A stretch of DNA of 64,000 nucleotides from IMG/VR virus record IMGVR_UViG_3300021400_000063; one strand, 5' to 3'. The notes under the pieces were generated by a model, which did no database searches, was not told the DNA's origin, and saw only the letters and a program-made list of their open reading frames with translations. The number at the start of each line of letters is the position of its first letter. The stretch's first letter is position 1. The translations under genes were made by a program, and so were the position numbers. Shown here piece by piece: positions 22,401 through 30,500 of this stretch. Origin of the DNA: a virus (lineage: Duplodnaviria; Caudoviricetes).

Positions 22401-24060
22401 CAAGATATTCTACAGAACCAGTACCAATTCCATTATTAGTTGTTGTATAACTATAATTTGTACCATCTGTATTTTTAAATATAATTTTAGTATCTCGTTT
22501 AATTGTAGCTGTAGTAGCATTAGCAGCAAGTGTATATGCTGAAAAATCTGCAGATCCTGTACCATTTGTACGATCCAAGAAATATTTAGTATCACCAGAC
22601 TGAATATATATTTCTCGTAAACCATAAGCTATAGTACCATTAGTACCTTGTGCAAAGTTTGTAATATCAAGTTTATATTCTACAATACCATCTTCATATT
22701 CTTCTGGTACAGGTAAAGATATAGCAGCTCCAGTAGCATCATGTTTATATTCGAATTTATTAATATCACAAATAGCATTATTGAGAATAGGAATTCTGAA
22801 TGTTTTCTTAATTGTAGCTGTACTATCTTTAATATTTGCAATTTCAAATTCTACAATACCGTCATATGTTCTCTTAGCATTTGTAACTTCACCAGTAATA
22901 GAATTGTAAACACGTTTTGTAAGTGTACATATGTTGCCATTAATAGCATCAAGTGACCATCTGATTTCATTCTTAATAGAAACACCTACTCCACCATTGT
23001 TATAAATTTGTTTATCACCAAAAGTATCACCTTCGATGTAAGTAGTATATGTATCTGCCAAGTTAGGAATATTAGCATATAATCCTGAAGCATCAACGTG
23101 TTTATTTGCAGTAAAGTTTGTAAGTTCATTTTGTTCATGACGAGTCATGTTAACGAAATTAGAATTATTATCATTAGCTTCATCATTAAACTCTTCAAAT
23201 AAACGAGCTGATCTAATAGTAGACCAAACCATATTATAGTTATGATTAAATGGTGTATTATTTTCGTATACTACATCTGGGTTATCAGGATCAGTAGTAG
23301 GAGGATCTATATCGATAACTTTACGTTTATCAATATTAGAAAGTACAACCAAATCATCAGTACCGAGATAAGCTTTCATTACAGCATTAGAATCTTTCAT
23401 ATCATAACCATATTTATCATCTTTAGGAACATAATCATGATTTTGAAGATCTTTGTTCATTATATCTGCAATTTCAACAGGATCTCTTACAGTTAAATTC
23501 TGATCTCTTACATATGTAGGCATAGCTTCTTCATCAAAAGTTAAAAAAGCAGGACGTAATTCTGAAGAGAATTTTACTTCGGTAAGTCCTGTAACACCAC
23601 GATCATTAGAAAGAACATTTTCAGTTCTAGACCAAAGATCTACAACAGTTGTATTATCAGGACCGTTATCAAGTCTTTCAATGAGTCCTCGTTTTACACC
23701 ATAAATTTTATTATTAGCTGACCAATAATATAAATATTTTTTACCAAACATTTCTTTAGCTTCTTGTAAAGAAATTTTATTAAAATGTTCTGCTATTGAA
23801 GATTTGGTTAACCCATTAATAATTGAATCGATAGATGAATTCTTTATATCGAGCGATTTTAAATACTCTGATGTTGCTACATAGAGGTCACCAGAATTAT
23901 CTCCAATAAGAAACTTATCGGTAGCATCATCATATGCAACCATAACAATAGTAGAGTTTTTAATTTTACTCAAATCATATTTAACTTTTTCGACTTCAAG
24001 TGTTTTTAACACCTTCGATCTCTGAAGTAATTTAAGTTGTTTATTCATAATAATATACAC
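19411..24060 (-). CDS. Large Thr/Ser/Tyr-rich repetitive beta-sandwich virion/fibre protein (1549 aa)
   Basis: Repeated ~170 aa units (ATxKGSSTG.F.T..NG..T..TY; ITHSxYxL..TATxKR); GACA-N6-TA motif at 24077-24088. Confidence 0.5.
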   Translation of the reverse strand: MYIIMNKQLKLLQRSKVLKTLEVEKVKYDLSKIKNSTIVMVAYDDATDKFLIGDNSGDLYVATSEYLKSLDIKNSSIDSIINGLTKSSIAEHFNKISLQEAKEMFGKKYLYYWSANNKIYGVKRGLIERLDNGPDNTTVVDLWSRTENVLSNDRGVTGLTEVKFSSELRPAFLTFDEEAMPTYVRDQNLTVRDPVEIADIMNKDLQNHDYVPKDDKYGYDMKDSNAVMKAYLGTDDLVVLSNIDKRKVIDIDPPTTDPDNPDVVYENNTPFNHNYNMVWSTIRSARLFEEFNDEANDNNSNFVNMTRHEQNELTNFTANKHVDASGLYANIPNLADTYTTYIEGDTFGDKQIYNNGGVGVSIKNEIRWSLDAINGNICTLTKRVYNSITGEVTNAKRTYDGIVEFEIANIKDSTATIKKTFRIPILNNAICDINKFEYKHDATGAAISLPVPEEYEDGIVEYKLDITNFAQGTNGTIAYGLREIYIQSGDTKYFLDRTNGTGSADFSAYTLAANATTATIKRDTKIIFKNTDGTNYSYTTTNNGIGTGSVEYLVANTPTGVKDSNHITRHTRNVHYMSGSTDVVCNTDYADSIVNYEIYTLNVGDTTATLKGSSTGVFNTIVNGKETTTSYNINKSRHITVTSNTITYTKNAEIYVSVSNITCSQTMNIDYSYGGVTIRKTIVKDAPITHSVYTLEANASTATIKREFRPVFYAISAGVESVASIYKNDVIEIDRNINADVYYTVSDSVTKASGSNHLATHTRKVVYIKNSVVVDVNTIDVDAVINYRIDTLEYGKLIATFKGSSTGTFKTYKNGSETNITYDVAKTDHISVTSAIGTYSNSGVTYNGTSATCTRTLSFGYTYGTSTVTLSISKSAEVTHSLYDITTSGTATVKRVFTPVFKTISNGVETTSNYNIDTVTIDTNQPASVTYNVNNTVDKAENGNHYTTWTRNVTYRPTSNSIEYTLLTDSVLAPISYTWKNISNSSKQFYGSSTAAFKTYSAGSITTTTYNNTRSNHIIVDCTITESDIVNTYTNESQTAYLLLTGSYTYGSVTKQLTKYSSSVPITHTLYMLAPDDTNTITRSYSPTIKCMSNGVEITTDYKSGSRSLPAVTGSVEYDTLSPVVIGTGSRIKRYVKYYCDGIVMLIYTDTSNNTNSYSVVKHTGSTATFKNTIYANFVAITNGVATSGMYTMKSATSDIATGDVSYVLTTFTDSVSSATLYLKYGSTTIKSQVADVTASYDWSNFNAVNKTVKYTRTITVSGTFSGEQAGTAFTASIVHDSLNSVQFSHVCQNTYSGISDSGTIDIYPVMTSVGSFIFGKYSNGAYTTSDTYVINKVCDSNDKYIIYNVPLDVIATPDGYEGIFRINMFRLKANTDLWVYYDDSNPYLQGMPYLNGTAVAGTITDVSLLNKGSLNGNQGSCYFRISMHATIYGLKVNTTVDEQMWFDGISHYTLIGGVKYDWTGYDSTDTITCSHGGKSTSVYFRSSDYTYKGEFAPSASPRQVFDWWNEATVVIVSGGVYVDLTPGTINVDPGTVTDVPLINPVSVG

Positions 24061-24139
24061 TCCACATAGAAAATTATATTAATTTGTCAAACATTAAGTG
24101 ATAACAATATATAGATTTTATATCAAATGAGGAAAAAAA

Positions 24140-24532
24140 ATGATACCAGTAGATAAAACTTTAAAAAGAGATATGATTAATATTGGATACGATAATATTA
24201 TTGAATGTAGGATTATGACTCCCGAAATAAAGAATAATAAAGATGACAATTTATTATTAGGTATTTTTGATGATGAACGTAAATTAAGTGGTGAAACATT
24301 AGCTACTAGAAACGAAATGTTTAATTTTCTAGAAAAACGATTTGGTTGGAGATTTAATTATTGGATGGAAATTGTTCCTGATTCAGAAAATGAAATAAAA
24401 AGAATACATATAATACGACCGACAAGAATGCAAATGCAATGGGAATTTAATGGAAAATTAATATTTAAAGCCGGTAGATATGATATTTTTAAATATCCAC
24501 AATTCGGTTTCGATATCCATATTTATGATTAA
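24140..24532 (+). CDS. Hypothetical protein
   Basis: 130 aa with gagg RBS, followed by a terminator hairpin. Confidence 0.55.
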   Translation: MIPVDKTLKRDMINIGYDNIIECRIMTPEIKNNKDDNLLLGIFDDERKLSGETLATRNEMFNFLEKRFGWRFNYWMEIVPDSENEIKRIHIIRPTRMQMQWEFNGKLIFKAGRYDIFKYPQFGFDIHIYD

Positions 24533-24534
24533 AA

Positions 24535-24568
24535 TAATAATGGAAGGGATTAATCCCTTCCATTATTA
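24535..24568. terminator. Bidirectional terminator
   Basis: ataatggaagggat-ta-atcccttccattat. Confidence 0.75.
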
Positions 24569-24595
24569 TAAAAAACATTAGATTATGATTAATAA

Positions 24596-27500
24596 TTACA
24601 ACATGAAGCAAGGACGTACGCCATAATAAGCATTAGTCATCTTGTCGTGATAAGCATACCCGTAATTATCAGAATTAGAAGGCCTACACAAAGTCGATGC
24701 ATATTCGTCATTAATAGAAGTATTTGCCAACCAACAACCATATCCATTATTATCATCTGAAGGTGCATATTCATTAGTATAACCATTTCTTGTAATAACA
24801 TCACGTCTAAATATTTTTCTATTTGGTTTTTTGGTAAAATTAAATATTTCCCATTGTCGCTCACCACTATATCGTTCATTTTCGACTTGAAGGGTATATT
24901 CACCAAATATCTCATACTCTGTAGGTAAGAATACAGTCTTATTTGTAAGATGAGAAATATCAGATTTTCTTGTATAACTAACAGGAGTAATTCCAAGTCT
25001 AGATTGTAACTGTGGTAATAAAATAGTTTCCAACATATTATTAGTTATTAACTGTTCCCATGTTAAAGCTTGACCTGGTTCAGAAATTAATTTATGACGT
25101 TCTGAACTCATGAATATTAAATGACCATCACTAGTTCTTTCAACCAACACATATTTAGCAAAACCAGCAGGAAATGTTGGAGTTTCATCCGAGTTAGATC
25201 GCCAAACATATCCACCTAATTCAAAATAATCACCAACATATACTTTAGATTTTGCTCCATCTGTATCATTTAACAACATACTTGCTGCGTCAGATAATGT
25301 TTCAACACCTAAACGATCTATAATATTCATAGAATCAGTATCAACAATTATTTCATTTTTAGCATTTTTAATAATTGTATTAAAATTATAATCATTAGCA
25401 TTATTAGCATCTGTTAATATTTGATTTATAGTTCCAGATTCTGTAGAATAATCTGTTATAGCATCATCTAATAATTGTTCACCATTTTCATTAATACAAT
25501 AATAATTAATTGTATGTTGAATATTTACACTATCCGAATGTTCATCTATATTAGTAATAATATTATCCCCAGAATCAATAGTAGTAACTTCGAGACCTAA
25601 TACATCAGGTGAAATATCTGTATACTCAGGTTGAATATTTAAAGCTATACCCTGATATTTACATCCAGTAATATAACCGCTACATTTACCATTTGAATAT
25701 TTAGTAGTATTGGTAGTAGTAAATTGTGCAGTAAATTGTGTTTCATTGTTAGCAATGACACCTGAATTAGCAAGAACTGTAAATTTAAATTGTTTATTAG
25801 CAAAATCTATAGAATTTTCAACATATTGTAATATTAAACCAGAACCTATGATTTCACGTTCATTTTTAAAACCTATTAAAGTTCCATTTAAATATGTTTT
25901 AGTAGACACATTTAAATAAACATAATCATTTTCAATATCGATTATTGGTAAACTTTTTGTAGTATAAACAACTGGTTCACTATTAGAATCTAATAAATAA
26001 TTTCCAAATTCTTCAAACAATACAATAAAATTCATTTTACTTATCTGATAAGGAATATCGTAATATTCACCTAATTCAGAATCATAATCTGAAATTACAC
26101 CAATATCTTTATCCCATTTATCAGGATCATTACCTAACAAAGCTTCTATAGATTCTTGGTTTCTTGTAAAGCGAGCATTTTTATCAATAAAGAATTTTAC
26201 AGTTAAAGGTTTTTTACTGATTCCATTTTCACTTATAATGTGTAATCCATTTATCAATACTTGTAAACCATTACACATAATACTTCCGATACACTTAATA
26301 TCTTCATCCATAGGTAAACCTTTAGAAGCAAGATATTCTGCAATAACTGGAAGATTATCTTTTTCATTATTTACATAAATACGAATTTTCTGAAGTGAAG
26401 CAGGACCATTACCAGATGTATCATTAAGATTATCACTAAATTCAGTCTTTTTATGATATCCTAAATTGTATATACCACCTTTAGCTACAATTTGTGGGCC
26501 ATAAGCAGTTTCTACATCAGTTCTTCTCTGACCAAATTTACCAGCGATTTGTAAATTACCAATATTAGGATTATATCTTGTATTAACTTGTAATTTTTCA
26601 GTTTCTGGAACAAATTCATAAACGTTTCCATTATCTTGATCTGTGAAGAAATAAGTTCCATCTGTAGTATCAATGATAGAAACAATAGGGAATTCATTAT
26701 CGTTAATTACATAGAAATCATCACCATTATAACGTAAAGTTACATATTTATTATTAGAATGACCAGTAATAAATAAACCATTCTGTGTAATACAACAATC
26801 TACAATCTTAACTTCATTACAATTTAAATCTGCAAAATAACGATTATCATCGATTGAAATTGCTTTATTATCATTAGTTGGAATAGCTATGAGTCGTTTG
26901 AAACTCCAATATTCTACAGCTGAAAGTCCGTAATAACGATAATTACGAACGCTCATGAAAATACCAAATGGTGTATCCCACATACGATAAATATATTTAC
27001 CTACGCCAGGATTAATAGTAATTACTTTTCCACCACCTGTTGGAGTAAAATAAGCCCAACCTGTATTATATTCATCAGAATTTGTATCATACTGATTAGA
27101 TCTACGAGTTGTTCCTTCTACAGCTCCACTGTCTTCAGCAGATACATAATCGTACCATCTGAAAAGACCAACACGAGTATTTAAAGCTTTATTATAATAA
27201 CGAATACCATTACCTGTAAATGTATCTAATACGATATCACCAGATTTTTTAACTACATAATGAAGATCATTATGTTCATTAGGATTTAAACCAGATTCAA
27301 CCGATGAATCCCATGCAAGAGCACCAAATCTAGTATGTGATAATCTATCAATAGAAATATTTGAATCGATCTTACCAACAAGTCCATCGTCAAATGTAAC
27401 AGTATCAATTAAAGATTTAGATTTCATAGAATCGTAAATAAATTGAGCTGTTTCATAAGCCGTTGTAGCTTTATCAAGATTTATCTTAGCTGTAGCAGTA

Positions 27501-30500
27501 TTATTCTTAGCAGTATTGTATGCTGTAAGAGCAAGTTGATATTGATGTTTAGCAGCTTCTACATCAGAATTTAAAGATTCAATTTCTGTAGAATTAGAAT
27601 TAGCTAATTCAGCATCATAAGCTTCTTGTGCGGCTGTTTCTTCAGCTACAGCAGTATCATATGCTGTTTGAGCTTCTTCTTTAGCAGCCAAAACACTATT
27701 ATAATTTGGATCATCTACAGCTGTATTATTTAAATCGTTAGTAGCAACGCTTAAATTTGTTTCTGCAGCTATTCTAATATTTGTTTTTTCTGTTAATGTT
27801 GATCTTAAAGCTTCTAATGTGGAAGCATTAGAATTACTTATTGCTTCTTCGAGAAGAGCAATCTTAGTATTATAATTTTCATTAGCAGTATTGAATGTTG
27901 TGAGAGCAGATTCTTCAGCTGTGACAGCAGTATTGTAAATATTTTGTACAGCTTCATATTCGGATCTAGCAGATTCTAAATTAATCTCTGCACTAGCAAC
28001 ACGTTCACTTGTATCTTTAAATGTGACATCTTTTACAGCTTTTAAGAAGTCATTAGCAATATATGTTTTACAACCAACACGAACCATTTCATTAGGAATA
28101 GCTGTAAAATTAACTCTATTTCTAACAATATTATTATTATCATCTAAATAAGTCTGGAAAGCTGCATTATGTTCAGTATCAATAGCAATGTTATAATCCC
28201 TATATGTATTATTTCTATTATACTGAGCATCAATGTCATCAATATTAATATTCCAATCCAAAGGAGAAAGAATATCAAGACACATAGCTTCTGTATTCCA
28301 GAAAATAATAGATTCGATATTGTTATACATGAAACCTTTTACGATTCCAATTAACTGACGATCATTAAATACATTTAAAATCATATCATTTGCTACATCA
28401 TAACCGTAGCTATTAACGATAAATGAATTTATATCTTCTGTAGGAGTAAATTCATTTATACTGAATTCTTCTTGTACGATTACAGCATAATCAGTATTAT
28501 TAGCAAAGATATCATCAATTTTAGCTTTAAATAAACCATATGAAATTGTATCTGAATTAGTTTCTATAATAGAACCATTTTCAGATATATTTAAAATTGG
28601 GAATTTACCACGTAATGAAATGAAAACATAATTAGATTCTGCATCTGAAGCTACGAAAATATTCTGAGTAACAAATCTATCATCGACGTCTATATAAGTC
28701 ATAGATCCATTTTCGACCATAACTTCATATTTAAGTTTAAATGTTTTAATAACATTTAAAGATTTATCAAATAATCCAAGGAGATTATCTTTACCCAAAA
28801 TCATAGCAAGTTGTGCTTTATGAGTTTTACCTGTTACACCAATAGCAGCCATTCTAGATTTCATATTGAATCTATTTGTTTCACTAGCATAATTACTTAT
28901 TATAATACCTGAATTTTCTTTATCGAAATAAATTTTATCTGTTTGATAATCTTCATCTTCATTAACAGGGTTATAATCTCTAATAGGTGTTTTACTTTCA
29001 TCATAGGTTTCCTGAATTGCTACTGTATAATTATTAACAATATATCTGTTAGAAAAACATTCTTCCAATTCAGCATTTCCCATATTAACAATAGCTACTA
29101 AAAGAGGAGCTATAGCATTATTTACTTCAATAAAACGTTTAGCATCTTCATAATAAACGTAAATATGGAATTTTTTAGAAATGATTTCATCATTTTCATC
29201 ATATTCAGTAGTTGTAAAAATACCAAATAAAGTATTAGCATAACTAAACAGATAATTATCATGTTTAATTTGGAATTCATCAGTAATAGGTGTTATAACA
29301 TCTATATCATAAAATCCGTTATGTTCTGTATTTGAAATATCTCTAGTTATTTTGGCGAAACCTTTTTCTACAATATTAGGGTTAGAACCTGAACCATTCA
29401 TTACATACAATTCACCATTATATGCAAAACATCTTCTAAACGAATAAATAAGATTTATATTATTTACATCTTCGAATTTAAATGATTTTGTTTTTGAATC
29501 CCAAGCATAATGTTTAGTTTCAGCATAAGGTTCATATGTAGAAATGATGATTTCATTATCGTATATATAGAAACAATCGATTACACCATCTTCAGAAAGT
29601 GTAAGAACATTTCTTAAGTTATTAAGTGTTTCACCATAGTAAATTACACCTTTATTATTTTCAATCTGTGTACCGATAACAAAAATATTTCCTTCGATAT
29701 CTTGTTTAATAGAAGTAATATTTACAGGTTTTATAAAACTCTGACTATATTCAGTAGTTACATCTACAAAACCGGTATCAAGATTCACAAATCTATAAAT
29801 AGATGCATTTTCTGTACCATTAGTAAATGCAAAAATATCACCATCGATATCAAATAAATCTGTAATAGTTACATCGTATGTTTTCTTATCACCAGTTACC
29901 CAATCAATAATATAAGTTTGATTATTACCATTTCCGTAAGCAACTATATAATTACCAACTTTTTTATAATATAATTTACGATTTTTATCATAAATATTTC
30001 TTACAAAAATACCATCTTCAATATCATTAATAATTGAATCTAATGATGTTTTACCGATGAGATATCCACCATCAATATCACCAATATTTCTAATAGAATC
30101 TATACCAATTTTTTCACATGTTAAATATGATGTACCGTCATGTGTATAACGAATACCTTCAACACCACAAATAACCCAAGTTAAGTTATCTAAATCAGTA
30201 TTGTTAGAGAAAACAGCAATAGAATCTTCATCAAATGTAAGATCAGTAATTACATGAACGAAATTATTTGGATCTGATGTAAGATTTACATAAAGTCCAT
30301 TAGATGTAAATGCAAATGCAATTTTATTATTTGTATCGCCGCAATAAGAAACATTATAAACACGAATACCGTTAAATACAGTAATAGGTTCGAGTTCTGT
30401 ACTAGATTCATCAGGAGTATAATATGCTCCACCAGCATCAGTAGTATCAATATAAATAAAATATCCTTCATAAGGATTATCTGAACCACCATTCAAACGA

